NCBI GenBank assembly: GCA_031550325.1
Contig: JAVBOR010000026.1
Span: 5,274 to 69,273, forward strand
DNA length: 64,000 nucleotides
DNA from: Oscillospiraceae bacterium
GTDB lineage: Bacteria; Bacillota; Clostridia; Oscillospirales; UBA929
Reading direction: 5' to 3'
A program made the position numbers and the translations under genes. The number at the start of each line of letters is the position of its first letter. Position 1 is the stretch's first letter. Positions 20,311 through 29,849 of this stretch are shown piece by piece. The notes beneath the pieces were generated by a model that saw only the letters and a list, made by a program, of their open reading frames with translations, had not been told where the DNA came from and ran no database searches.

Positions 20311-22359
20311 TCAGTCTCCTTCCGAAACCCGGCACATATACCGGTACAGTGCCGACGAATCCAAGTCGGCCTTATCGCCGTAGTCCCGGACACAGACGGT
20401 AAAGCTGTCTGCCCCCTTGGTCAGGGAAACAAGCCCAAGCTCGGCGAAAACCTCCAGACACAAAAGCGTGCGCGCCTGGGACGCGTGCACACCGGGAACA
20501 AGGGTGCGCGCCAGCGCGAGCGGCGGCAGACTCAAGGGGTCGGCTGCCACGCGCCTGAGCGCGCGCCATACAGCTGCCAGATCACCGCGGGAGGGGACGA
20601 CGGCCAAGACATCCCCGCTGGCCGAGTGCGTCAAAAGCTCATGATAAAGGCGCAGTTGGGCGACGCGCCGCTCATGGGCCGGGCGGCAGAGCCTGAGATC
20701 CGCCACGTGCAGCTGAAGCTGCGTCTCATGCCGAAAATAGTTGATCTCCAGATGAAAGGCCACGTCAACGCAGTCGCCCTCGCGCACGTCCAGCTCACGC
20801 ACGTCTGCGCCAAACCAGACTGCCTGAAAACTTCCCTCGTCCGTGAGCAGCTTGGCGCGCATATGCTTGCCGCCGCCGATCGGCACGAGATCAGAGAGAA
20901 CGGCGTTTTCCAGCACAAACAAGGGCTGCGGATTGCCCAGGCCGAAGGGTTCAAGCGTATTGAGGCTCAGGGCGGCGTCAAGCGTGAGCAACGCCGGGCT
21001 GAGCGCGGCGTCAATGAGCAGCTGGGAGGGCGGCGGGGGCGGGAGCGCGGCGCAAATCTGCTCCACACGCGCGGCAAACGCTGCCAGGTTTTTTCTGGGG
21101 AGAGAAAAGCCGGCTGCCAGCTCATGGCCGCCAAAATGGTCAAGCAGGTCGGCGCAGCCGCGGAGCACGTCCACCAGGTGAACGCCCGGAATGCTGCGGG
21201 CGCTGCCTTTGCCCGTGTCCGCGTCCATACAAATTAAAAACGCGGGACAGTGAAAGCGGTTGACAAGACGGGAGGAGACAATGCCGACAACGCCCGAATG
21301 CCAGTTTTCGCCGCACAGCACGACGCAGGCGCTGTCCGGCGCGGCTGGTAGCTGTGCCAGCGCCTCGGCCATGATGGCGTTTTCCAGCGCCTGACGCTGG
21401 ATGTTGAGCTCGCAAAGCTCGTGCGCGAGTTCCGCGGCGCGGGCGGCGTCCTCGGTCAGCAGCAGACGCACGGCCTGCTCGGCGTTTCCCAGGCGGCCGG
21501 CGGCGTTGATCCGCGGCGCCAGCACAAAGCTGATCAGCGCGGCGTTGACCGGGCGGTCCAAAGCCGAGGCCTCGCGCAAGAGCGCGTTGAGCCCCGGACT
21601 GCAGTGATGGCGGATGGCATTGAGCCCGGCGCTGACAAGAACGCGGTTCTCGCCGGTGACCGGCATGATGTCGGCCAGCGTGCCCAGCGCGACAAGCTCG
21701 GCGTAGTCCTCAAGCGCCGCTTTCGCGTTTCCCGTCATAGCGCACACAAGCTTAAACGCCACGCCGACGCCGGCAAGCGGCACAAACGGATAATCGCTGT
21801 CGGGTCGGTAAGGGTTGACCACGGCAACGGCGTCGGGCAAAAGCTCGGGGCAGTGGTGGTGGTCGGTGATGATCAGGTCAAGCCCGATTTGCTTGCAAAG
21901 CTCGGCCAGGTCGACCGCGGTAATGCCCGCGTCGACCGTGACCACAAGAGAAACGCCGTCCTCGCGCAGCGAGCGTAGCGCCGATTCGTTTAGGCCGTAT
22001 CCCTCTTCAAAACGGTCGGGGATGTGGTAAACGCAGTGCGCGTTCTGCCCGCGTAGATAGCGCGTGAGCAGGCAGACCGACGTAATACCGTCGACATCGT
22101 AGTCGCCGAACACCGCGATGTGTTCGCCGCGCTCCAGTGCCAGGCGAAGGCGGCGGACGGCCTTGTCCATGTCGGGCAGGAGCATGGGGTCAAACAGCCC
22201 GTTGGGCGAGGCGGACAAAAACGCCTTGACGGACGGGGCGTCGCGCATGCCGCGCGCCGACAGCACGGACGCGATGACCGGAGGAAGCCCAAACTCGCTG
22301 AGCGCCTCGTGCGCCTGGGGATCAGGCGTTCTGACGGTCCATTGCTCATATCTTGTCAT
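20311..22359 (-). CDS. recJ: ssDNA-specific exonuclease RecJ
   Basis: GDYDVDG, ITDHH, PRINAAGR, GGHELAAG, LEPFGLGNPQP. Confidence 0.96.
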   Translation of the reverse strand: MTRYEQWTVRTPDPQAHEALSEFGLPPVIASVLSARGMRDAPSVKAFLSASPNGLFDPMLLPDMDKAVRRLRLALERGEHIAVFGDYDVDGITSVCLLTRYLRGQNAHCVYHIPDRFEEGYGLNESALRSLREDGVSLVVTVDAGITAVDLAELCKQIGLDLIITDHHHCPELLPDAVAVVNPYRPDSDYPFVPLAGVGVAFKLVCAMTGNAKAALEDYAELVALGTLADIMPVTGENRVLVSAGLNAIRHHCSPGLNALLREASALDRPVNAALISFVLAPRINAAGRLGNAEQAVRLLLTEDAARAAELAHELCELNIQRQALENAIMAEALAQLPAAPDSACVVLCGENWHSGVVGIVSSRLVNRFHCPAFLICMDADTGKGSARSIPGVHLVDVLRGCADLLDHFGGHELAAGFSLPRKNLAAFAARVEQICAALPPPPPSQLLIDAALSPALLTLDAALSLNTLEPFGLGNPQPLFVLENAVLSDLVPIGGGKHMRAKLLTDEGSFQAVWFGADVRELDVREGDCVDVAFHLEINYFRHETQLQLHVADLRLCRPAHERRVAQLRLYHELLTHSASGDVLAVVPSRGDLAAVWRALRRVAADPLSLPPLALARTLVPGVHASQARTLLCLEVFAELGLVSLTKGADSFTVCVRDYGDKADLDSSALYRYMCRVSEGD

Positions 22360-22555
22360 TGCGCCGAACGTCCTTTCCGCATCGCTAAAGTAACCATCAT
22401 AATATCACAGTCCCGACCGATTAACAAGGGCCAGTGTCCGCGGTGACCGGATCGTTGGAAGCTGCGACGCATAAAGCCGCCCCTCGTTGCACGCAGCACA
22501 TGAGGAGCGGCTGGAGACGCGATAAGCGATGACCCCGCCGGGAGCCAACAGAGCT

Positions 22556-24559
22556 CTAATATTTTCCGAAGTCGGCTGTCATGTCGCTGGGCGGAAGCGC
22601 AGTATCCTGGTCATACGGCGACATCACGCGGGGCTGGTCGCGCAGCTTGAACTGCTGAATTTGTTCCTGCAGATGGACGCTCTGTCCGCTCATCTCCTGG
22701 CTGGAGGCCGCAAACTCCTCGGCAGTGGCGCTGTTTTGCTGCACGACAATGGCCACCTGGTCAACGCCCTTGTTGATGTGCGCGATTTCCTGTGCCTGCT
22801 CGCCCGAGGACTTGGCGATGTCACTCATAATCTTGCTGCTCTTGTTGATGCCCTCCACAATTTCCTTCAGCGAGGTGGCCGTCTCGGCCGCGATGCGCGC
22901 GCCGAGTTCGGCTTTGGTGATGGAGTTGGCAATCAGCCCGGAGGTGTCCTTCGCGGCTTCTGCGCTCTTGGCAGCCAGCGAGCGGACCTCCTCGGCGACA
23001 ACGGCGAAGCCTTTGCCGTGCTGTCCGGCCCGGGCGGCCTCGACGGCGGCGTTGAGCGCAAGGATATTGGTCTGGAACGCGATCGAATCGATCACGCCGA
23101 TGACTTTTCCGATGGAGTTGCTGGCGTCGTTGATTTCCTTGACCGCCTGCATCATCTGGCTCATCTGGGTACTTCCCTTTTCGGCGCTGAGCTTGATGGT
23201 GTTGCCGAGCTCCGCGGCCTGGTTTGTCATGTCCACATTTTCGCGGGTTTGACGGTCAACCTGGGAAAGGTACTGGCTCAGGGACTCGACCGTGACCGAC
23301 TGTTCGGTCGCGCCCTGCGCCAGCGACTGGCTGCCCTGAGCAATTTGCGAAGACGCGTTGGACACCTGAGTGGCCGCGTCCGCAATCGAGTTCATCACCT
23401 GATTGTTGTGATCCATCAAGTGGACAATGCTGTTTCCGATGATGTCCTTGTCCGAGCGAACGCCGAAGTCAAAGCTCAAGTCGCCCTCGGAAAGGCGCGA
23501 CAAGGCCTCGGCCTGCGCCCGGATGCCCGACACCATCTCAGAAAAGGAGGCTTGCAGCGTACCCAGCTCATCCGTGCGGTCGCACTTGATGTCAACTGAA
23601 ATATCTCCCGTGGCCAGCGTGGCGGCGCCTTTGGCAAGATGCTTGATCGGGGTAATCAGACTCTTGATCACAAAATGCAGCACAAAATAAGTGACCACTG
23701 TAAATGAAACGATTATAATGGCCCAGATGGTGTAGATCCAGCCCATGTCAATTTCGGGGATGCCCACGAAGACGATTCCCGTAACGGTTCCGTCCGGGTT
23801 GACAATGGGGGTGTAGGATGTGTAGTACGGGCGGCCAAGCACCGCGTTTTTCCCGGTGACCGATTTGCCCGCGCCGATAATCTGTTTGGAGAGCTCTTCG
23901 CTCAGCACCGTGCCGACTGCGCGCTGGCCGTTGTTGAGCAGCGTGGTGGCCACGCGCATGTCGCCCGCAAAAATGGTCACGTCGGTTTTGGTCATGTCTT
24001 TGATATCGTCGACATAGGCGTCGGTGTCAATTTTAAAGGCGACAAAGGACGTTCCGACCAGAACGCCGCTATCGTCATAGACGGGCGCGCTTGACGTGAT
24101 GCAGAAGCCCAGGTCGGTTTCGCTCGTGTACGCGAGGGTTTGACCGCTGAGCGCTCCCTGGACAATCGGCAGAGAGGAGATGTCCACATCGGCCGCATCG
24201 CCGCCCATGTGAAAGATCACGCCACCCGTCTCGTCCGTCAGATACAGCTCGTCGCAGCCCGCCGATCTGTACAGATCGTCAAAGGACGACTCCAGTTCGG
24301 CCGTGTCGCGCGACTCCATCAGCGCCGCAAGTCCGTGTGTGTTGCTGATCACGGTCACACTGGTCTTTGCGTTTGCGAGCGTGCGTGCATTTACTCCCGC
24401 AACCGTAGCGGAGGCAGAGTCAATCGTGTTTTCCATCGCGTCATTCACTAAACTGATCGACGTCAACATACTAACGCTGATAAAAGCAGCGGCAAGAACC
24501 AGCAAAGGGATCACCGTCAACAAAATAAGCTTGAAGCGAATGGTGTGAACAAATTTCAT
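22556..24559 (-). CDS. Methyl-accepting chemotaxis protein (Cache sensor, HAMP)
   Basis: TM-Cache ([14 protein letters not shown])-TM-HAMP; [34 protein letters not shown]; C-terminal DFGKY. Confidence 0.95.
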   Translation of the reverse strand: MKFVHTIRFKLILLTVIPLLVLAAAFISVSMLTSISLVNDAMENTIDSASATVAGVNARTLANAKTSVTVISNTHGLAALMESRDTAELESSFDDLYRSAGCDELYLTDETGGVIFHMGGDAADVDISSLPIVQGALSGQTLAYTSETDLGFCITSSAPVYDDSGVLVGTSFVAFKIDTDAYVDDIKDMTKTDVTIFAGDMRVATTLLNNGQRAVGTVLSEELSKQIIGAGKSVTGKNAVLGRPYYTSYTPIVNPDGTVTGIVFVGIPEIDMGWIYTIWAIIIVSFTVVTYFVLHFVIKSLITPIKHLAKGAATLATGDISVDIKCDRTDELGTLQASFSEMVSGIRAQAEALSRLSEGDLSFDFGVRSDKDIIGNSIVHLMDHNNQVMNSIADAATQVSNASSQIAQGSQSLAQGATEQSVTVESLSQYLSQVDRQTRENVDMTNQAAELGNTIKLSAEKGSTQMSQMMQAVKEINDASNSIGKVIGVIDSIAFQTNILALNAAVEAARAGQHGKGFAVVAEEVRSLAAKSAEAAKDTSGLIANSITKAELGARIAAETATSLKEIVEGINKSSKIMSDIAKSSGEQAQEIAHINKGVDQVAIVVQQNSATAEEFAASSQEMSGQSVHLQEQIQQFKLRDQPRVMSPYDQDTALPPSDMTADFGKY

Positions 24560-24648
24560 GATGAGCCTCCATATCATTGTCATAACGTTTGTGCTTTGAC
24601 AAACGCCCGAACGGCGCATGCCAAAGCACGAATGCACTCCAATGATAT

Positions 24649-24676
24649 TCATCGGCGTTTTACCGGGAGGACTAAA
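24649..24676 (-). promoter_or_regulatory. Putative sigma28 (SigD/FliA) promoter of the MCP
   Basis: TTTA-N16-GCCGATGA on minus strand. Confidence 0.6.
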
Positions 24677-24753
24677 GGCAAAAAACCATTTATCTTCTTG
24701 CAAAGAAAAATTGTGGCAAGCGCCTCGAAGCGCGTTTGTCAGCGCGCCGAAAG

Positions 24754-26175
24754 TCAGTCTGCGCCTGCCTCGGCCTGTGAAAGCGCGTCGGCCAAAGTGC
24801 TTGCCCAGGGCCGGTCGGATGCGAGCTGAGACAGGCGGTAGGCCAGCCAGGGCCCGTTGAGCCGCAGAATGTTCAGTACGCGTGCGTCGGACAGCCAGCC
24901 GGGCGGGGCGTCGGGCGGGGCGCACAGGATGGCCCGGCGCAGGGAAAACCAGAGCTCGGCCCAAAAATCATAGACCTCCAGCCGGAGAAGCGCGAGCGGA
25001 TAAAGGGAAAACGCCAACAGAGCGCTTGCTTCGCTGACCGGACGGTCGGCGGTTGCGATGTTCTGGAAGCGGAGCAGATATCGTACGGCGCGCGCGTGAC
25101 CGGGCTGCGCCGTCAACGTGACCATCAGGCCGTCGTCGCGCGCGATGAACACGTCGAGCCACCGCGCGTCAAGCTGCCGTGAGGAATCCAGCTGCACAAG
25201 GTTGAGCAGCGCCTCGCGCAGCACCTCATAGCCCACGGGAATATTCTCCCCGTAGCGCTTGTAGAACCTGCCCGGCGTGTCCAGCTCCAGCGCCAGCGCA
25301 ATGACGGCGTGCGGGCGGCGCATCCCTGAAAGATGGCGCTCCAGAACCGTCAGGGCCTCGCGCGTACCAAACGCGGCCATCGCGGCCGTGAGAGGCAGCT
25401 CCAGTTCAGATAGCGTTGCCGGATCGCCGGAAAAAACGTCGTCGCAGAGCGCCGACAAAAAAGCGAACAGCTCGTCTGTGCGCTCCTCCAGAACCGTCAT
25501 GGCTGACACCGCTTGCAAGAGCTCCCTGCGGGAAGCTTTGCCGCGCGGGGGAAGGTGGGCGCGCGCCCTCTCCAGCAAGGCCTTTTCAGCCGGGTCGCAC
25601 CGGGCTTCGGGCTTTGGAGGCTCTACAGCGCCGCCCAGCGCGCGCCGCAGAGCCTCTGTGCGTCTGCGGCCCGGCTCGGTGCGCCGCTGGTCATGAGTGG
25701 TGATGAAGGGCAGAAGCTCAGGGCCGAGGCGCAAAAGCGCGCCCCACGCGCGGTCGGACGTTTCTTCCGGGCCGTCCAGACAGGCCAGAAGGTCGGGGAC
25801 GAGACGCAAATCCGGCGGCGGCGCGAGAGGCGCGTCGGCTGCCGAAATCGCGCGGCGCAGGGAGAGCAGCGTGCGGTAGGATATCTGCTGCCCCTCCTGA
25901 GACAGGCCGCCCGGCACGATGGGCGTCGTTTGCCCGGCCTCAGGCCGCCCGGCGCGGGCCCGCCAAAGCGCCAGCGCCTGACCGAGGAGAAGCGAAAAGG
26001 CCTCGGGCGACTGTTCGGCGGCAAAGCCGCGGCAGAGAGCCGCGGCGGCGGTCAGCGAGGCGGCCTCCAACTCCGGGACTAGCGCCAGAAACTGCTTCCC
26101 GGCGTCGGGAGAGGCGCAGCCGGCCAAGGCCCAACGGCGGCAGTGCTGAAAAAGCGTGTTGACGATCTGCTCCAT
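24754..26175 (-). CDS. Hypothetical alpha-helical (HEAT-repeat-like) protein, partner of the SWIM protein
   Basis: 473 aa, Leu/Ala-rich helical; [14 protein letters not shown] and LDARWLD segments; follows the SWIM gene. Confidence 0.55.
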   Translation of the reverse strand: MEQIVNTLFQHCRRWALAGCASPDAGKQFLALVPELEAASLTAAAALCRGFAAEQSPEAFSLLLGQALALWRARAGRPEAGQTTPIVPGGLSQEGQQISYRTLLSLRRAISAADAPLAPPPDLRLVPDLLACLDGPEETSDRAWGALLRLGPELLPFITTHDQRRTEPGRRRTEALRRALGGAVEPPKPEARCDPAEKALLERARAHLPPRGKASRRELLQAVSAMTVLEERTDELFAFLSALCDDVFSGDPATLSELELPLTAAMAAFGTREALTVLERHLSGMRRPHAVIALALELDTPGRFYKRYGENIPVGYEVLREALLNLVQLDSSRQLDARWLDVFIARDDGLMVTLTAQPGHARAVRYLLRFQNIATADRPVSEASALLAFSLYPLALLRLEVYDFWAELWFSLRRAILCAPPDAPPGWLSDARVLNILRLNGPWLAYRLSQLASDRPWASTLADALSQAEAGAD

Positions 26176-26198
26176 GGCGCCAGCCCCCTTTCGTTACG

Positions 26199-27509
26199 TT
26201 ATGAGTCCAGCCGGAACAGGGAGCGCGCGCCGAGCAGGCAGAGCGGCTGCGCCGTGTACGTTCCGAGCGCTGAAAGGCCGATGCGGACAAGGCAGGCCTC
26301 AAACGCGCTCATGTCCAAAAGCTCCATCAGGTCAAGCACGCGCGCCTGGCCCGAAAGCGCGAGCTGCCTGCCGGCGCCGTCGGCCAGCGCAAGGCCGTCC
26401 TGCGTGCGGCAGACGCGGGAAAAGCGCGTAAGCGCCACAGGCGGCGTCCAGCCAAACGGGTCGGATAGCCGCTCCCGTACATAGGCGTCAAGCGCCTCAA
26501 AGTCGGGCAGAGCCTGCGCGAGCGCGTCACGCAGATGGGCCTGCTCAATGGATGCGGCGCTGAACCCCTTCCACCTGACGCGGTCGTGCAGCGGATAGCG
26601 GAACAGCTTCGGGACGAGCGCCACGTCGTGAAAAGAGTCGCTCTCATGGGTAAACCGCGTTGCAGCCAGCGGGCGCAGCGCGGTTGTGAAGACCAGTCCG
26701 CCGCCGTCAAGGTCAATCCAGACGCCGGTTTCCTCCAGACGGCGCGCGGCGGCGTTTTCGGATACCATAAAGCTCAGCTGGAGAAGGCGGGCGTCCACCG
26801 AAAAGCGTCCGAGCGACTCGAGGTCGCTGAGCGTCCACGCGCGCCCCAAAAAACTGTCAAGCATGGGATCGAGGTGACCGCCGGGACGGCCAAGCTCTTC
26901 CAGCGCGCGCCGCCCCAGCGCGTACAGGTTAGTGAGCACTGTCAGGGCGTCGTCTACTGCGCCCGTGGAGTAAAGCAGCGCAAACTCGTCCAGTCGCTCG
27001 CGAATCCCAGGCAAACGGGCCTCGGTCAGGGCTTTGCCCTCGGCTAGCAGCGTCTGGAGGGCCTTTGCGTCAAGGGATGAAAGTCCGCGCGCCCAAAGGT
27101 CCGACAGCGTGGAGATACAGCGCTCAAGCGCCCGGCGCTGGGCGTCCCGCCATTTCGGCGCGACGGCCGCGTTTTGCATTTCGGAAAAGGTCATCTGCTG
27201 ATATGTCGCCGTGTCGCCAAACGTTTCGGGCAGCGGGGCGAAGCGGCCGGGATCACGGATGTAGGAGAGCAGCAGCCCGATCGCGTGCTTGCAGGGGGAC
27301 TGGCGCGAGGGGCAGGTGCACTTGCAGCGCGGCGGCTCGTTAAGCTCGACCGTCACGGCGTAGGGCCGGGACGCGCTTCCCGGACACAGCCCGGAAAGCT
27401 GCCCGGCTCCGGCGTACAGGCCCTCAAGGGTGTCCGCGAGCGCGCGGCCGCCCTCCAGCGCGCGGGCGGTCGGCGCCAGCGTCTCCACATAGGCTTCGGT
27501 CAAGAGCAT
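26199..27509 (-). CDS. SWIM zinc-finger protein (YehQ-like)
   Basis: GSASRPY...CKCTCPSRQSPCKHAIGL is the SWIM CxC-xn-CxH motif. Confidence 0.85.
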   Translation of the reverse strand: MLLTEAYVETLAPTARALEGGRALADTLEGLYAGAGQLSGLCPGSASRPYAVTVELNEPPRCKCTCPSRQSPCKHAIGLLLSYIRDPGRFAPLPETFGDTATYQQMTFSEMQNAAVAPKWRDAQRRALERCISTLSDLWARGLSSLDAKALQTLLAEGKALTEARLPGIRERLDEFALLYSTGAVDDALTVLTNLYALGRRALEELGRPGGHLDPMLDSFLGRAWTLSDLESLGRFSVDARLLQLSFMVSENAAARRLEETGVWIDLDGGGLVFTTALRPLAATRFTHESDSFHDVALVPKLFRYPLHDRVRWKGFSAASIEQAHLRDALAQALPDFEALDAYVRERLSDPFGWTPPVALTRFSRVCRTQDGLALADGAGRQLALSGQARVLDLMELLDMSAFEACLVRIGLSALGTYTAQPLCLLGARSLFRLDS

Positions 27510-27512
27510 GGG

Positions 27513-27998
27513 CTACAGTCCCCTGCCGGGACTCTTAAACAGTCCGAGTTTTTCAACCGCAAACAGAAGGGGAAGCCCAAGCCCAAAGCAGACGACAAGC
27601 TGGCCAAACCCGACCTGCGCCGAGAAGAGGAAAAACGCCGCGTCGGGAGCTTCGGGAACGGTAACGCTCAGCACGGCGCCGACGACAAAGGCGTTGATCA
27701 CAACGGGCGGCAGCGGCGCGAGCCACCTGAGCTTGATGCGCGCGGTCAGCAGGCCGGCTGCCAGCGTGGCCAGCGAGCCGAAAATGATATCGGGAAGGCC
27801 GTTGCCGCCCAATATATTGGCCAGAGCGCAGCCGATAAACAGCCCCCAGGACGACATGGGAAACAAAAAGGGAAGAATGGTCAGCGCCTCGGAAATCCTG
27901 AACTGTACGGGTCCGTAGGAGATCGGGGCGAAAAGAAGTGTCAGCAGGGTATAGACGGCCCCGATCAGCGCGGCCTGGGCAATTGTTTTGATTTTCAT
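27513..27998 (-). CDS. queT: QueT queuosine-precursor transporter (ECF S component)
   Basis: APISYGPVQFRISEAL, GLFIGCALAN, DIIFGSLATL. Confidence 0.9.
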   Translation of the reverse strand: MKIKTIAQAALIGAVYTLLTLLFAPISYGPVQFRISEALTILPFLFPMSSWGLFIGCALANILGGNGLPDIIFGSLATLAAGLLTARIKLRWLAPLPPVVINAFVVGAVLSVTVPEAPDAAFFLFSAQVGFGQLVVCFGLGLPLLFAVEKLGLFKSPGRGL

Positions 27999-28012
27999 GA
28001 AACACCTGTCCT

Positions 28013-28702
28013 CTATGGAATCTGCGCGCGCCCGGCGTTGGGAAGCCCCCTCGCGGCGCGCACCCTGTCGATCCAAGGTTTAAACTGGTTATAAAGCGCG
28101 CGCTCCCGCGCGGAGCGCAAAAACGGGGAGAAGCCGTACCCCTCGATCCACTCCTTTTCGCGCTTGTACAGCACGTCCATGCGTTTACAGCGAAACTTCG
28201 CGGCGGGCGGATGAAGATGACAGAGCGACTCAATATCGCCAGCGGTGCGAATGCCGAGCGCCCAAAGCACACAGGCCGGCGCGAGCAGCCGCGCGGCAAA
28301 AATATTCGCCTTATACTCCTCCGGGTGGCGGGTGTCCAGGTCGCCGTCGTTTTGCCGGGTCACGCGCGCCTTTCCCAGGGAGATAAACTGGTGCCCGCAC
28401 ACGAGGTGGCCCACCTCGTGTGCGAGCGTGAAACGGATTCGGTTGTTGTCTTTATGAAGGTCGTTAAAAAAAATGTAACACTGATCGTCAATGGACAGCG
28501 TGAAGCCCTCGTTGCGCAGGGCATGCTCATGGAGTCCCAGGGAGTCGATCAGCCCTTGCGCGTCCCGATAGGTGAAGACTTCAATGCCCATGGTCGCTGC
28601 CAGCTTGGAAACGCTGAAAGGCAGCTCGTCGATGCCATAGCGCAGCAAGATCTCCCAGGAGGCGTTGCGCGCGCGCTTGTACAAATTGTAAAAGTTTTCC
28701 AA
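28013..28702 (-). CDS. ImmA/IrrE-family metallo-endopeptidase (anti-repressor)
   Basis: RIRFTLAHEVGH (HExxH) and EYKANIFAARLLAP; adjacent to an XRE repressor. Confidence 0.9.
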   Translation of the reverse strand: MENFYNLYKRARNASWEILLRYGIDELPFSVSKLAATMGIEVFTYRDAQGLIDSLGLHEHALRNEGFTLSIDDQCYIFFNDLHKDNNRIRFTLAHEVGHLVCGHQFISLGKARVTRQNDGDLDTRHPEEYKANIFAARLLAPACVLWALGIRTAGDIESLCHLHPPAAKFRCKRMDVLYKREKEWIEGYGFSPFLRSARERALYNQFKPWIDRVRAARGLPNAGRAQIP

Positions 28703-28791
28703 AAATCGGCACCCCGCTGAACATTGTGTCAGAGAATTGGCGGAAAGTACAGCCCCAATTCAAAAAAACATTGCAGCGGCCGCGCCCGGCT

Positions 28792-29175
28792 TTACAGTTT
28801 TTCCGCGGCAGAGGGATCGTGCTCATCCTGTGACAGCGCCCTGACAATGCGCCTGAACGTCTCCAGCTGCTCCGGCGTGACATAGATGACTTCATTGTAC
28901 CCGTCCCGGCCGAAAACTTCAATACGCGTTCTGTCCAAAGGAAAAATATTGCGCTGCGGGTTGACGTTTTCCACCGGAGCGGGATTGTTGGTGCGCCCAA
29001 GGATGAAGTCGACCGAGCAGCCGAGCAGCTCGGACAGGGCGATCAGATTTTTGCCTGCGGGGTTCTTTTTGCCGCTTTCCCATTCGCTGACGGTCGGCTG
29101 TGAAACGCCCAGCGACAACGCGATTTCTTTCTGACTGATGTGCTTGGCCTCGCGCGCACGCTTAAAATTACTCAT
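28792..29175 (-). CDS. XRE/ImmR-like HTH repressor
   Basis: ISQKEIALSLGVSQPTVSEWESGKKNP...LGCSVDFILGR. Confidence 0.92.
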   Translation of the reverse strand: MSNFKRAREAKHISQKEIALSLGVSQPTVSEWESGKKNPAGKNLIALSELLGCSVDFILGRTNNPAPVENVNPQRNIFPLDRTRIEVFGRDGYNEVIYVTPEQLETFRRIVRALSQDEHDPSAAEKL

Positions 29176-29252
29176 AGCTATCTCCTTTCTCATCAATTCT
29201 TCCTTTCCCTTGCTCTATGCCGGGCGTTATGCACCCGACTTTATCTGCGACC

Positions 29253-29349
29253 ATTATATAGCCAAAAGTTATAAAAGGCAAGAAGAATATCTTAGCGAAA
29301 AGCTATTGACAAATCAAAAAATGGTGAGATAATATAGCCACCAGCGAAT
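29253..29349. promoter_or_regulatory. Divergent promoter pair with three operator-like repeats
   Basis: Minus: TTGCCT-N17-TATAAT (29281-29253); plus: TTGACA-N16-GATAAT (29306-29333); repeats TATAGC-N5-GTTATA, CTTAGC-N5-GCTATT, TATAGC-N5-GCGAAT. Confidence 0.8.
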
Positions 29350-29366
29350 ATGAGAGGAGAATAAAG

Positions 29367-29576
29367 ATGAGAGTATGGCTAAAGACAATCAGATGCGAGC
29401 AGGGGAGGACCCAGCGCGACGTGGCGGACGCCGCGGGAATCCGGCAGGCTGCCTACTGCAACATTGAAAACGGACGGCGACGCCCGAGACCGGACGTCGC
29501 CAAGCGCATTGGAAGGAGCCTGAGTTTCAGCTGGACGAGGTTTTACGACGAGGAGGAGGACGGACGTGTCGTTTAG
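29367..29576 (+). CDS. Cro-like XRE HTH protein
   Basis: 69 aa, TQRDVADAAGIRQAAYCNIENGRRRP; GAGGAG RBS; divergent from the repressor. Confidence 0.9.
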   Translation: MRVWLKTIRCEQGRTQRDVADAAGIRQAAYCNIENGRRRPRPDVAKRIGRSLSFSWTRFYDEEEDGRVV

Positions 29577-29832
29577 AAAACGCCGTGGCGTCAGGCTCAG
29601 CTACAACCGCCAGGGGCTTGTCCACTTTACGTGTTTGGACTATCGCAACCAGCCGACCGAGGTGCGGCGCAAGATCAGGGAGCTTTGCCGGTCGGCCGGC
29701 GGCGAGTACTCCGAGGCGCTGTTTGAGGCGCTCACCACCGACAGGTCGGCCGTGCAGATCTGCCAGAGGCACTACATAGCCAGCCCGACGACGCTGTATG
29801 AAATGCGCCGAAAGTTCTACGAGCGGTGGTGA
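29566..29832 (+). CDS. Small basic phage-type protein, possible transcriptional regulator
   Basis: 88 aa, GGAGGAGG RBS, overlaps the cro-like gene; C-terminal SAVQICQRHYIASPTTLYEMRRKFY looks HTH-like. Confidence 0.7.
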   Translation: MSFRKRRGVRLSYNRQGLVHFTCLDYRNQPTEVRRKIRELCRSAGGEYSEALFEALTTDRSAVQICQRHYIASPTTLYEMRRKFYERW

Positions 29833-29849
29833 GCGCCCCGGAGAAACTG

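Noticed and set aside
24560-24753. c-di-GMP riboswitch upstream of the MCP
   Set aside because: No GGCAAA...GAAA...GACGCAAA pattern on the coding strand; a sigma28-type promoter explains the region
24560-24964. N-terminal extension of the MCP ORF (and similar extensions of mutS, the zinc-ribbon gene, the SDR and the 39025 gene)
   Set aside because: RBS-preceded downstream starts and overlap with neighbouring genes indicate the real starts are later
27999-28100. preQ1 riboswitch upstream of queT
   Set aside because: The region is immA coding sequence and I could not recognise class I/II/III motifs
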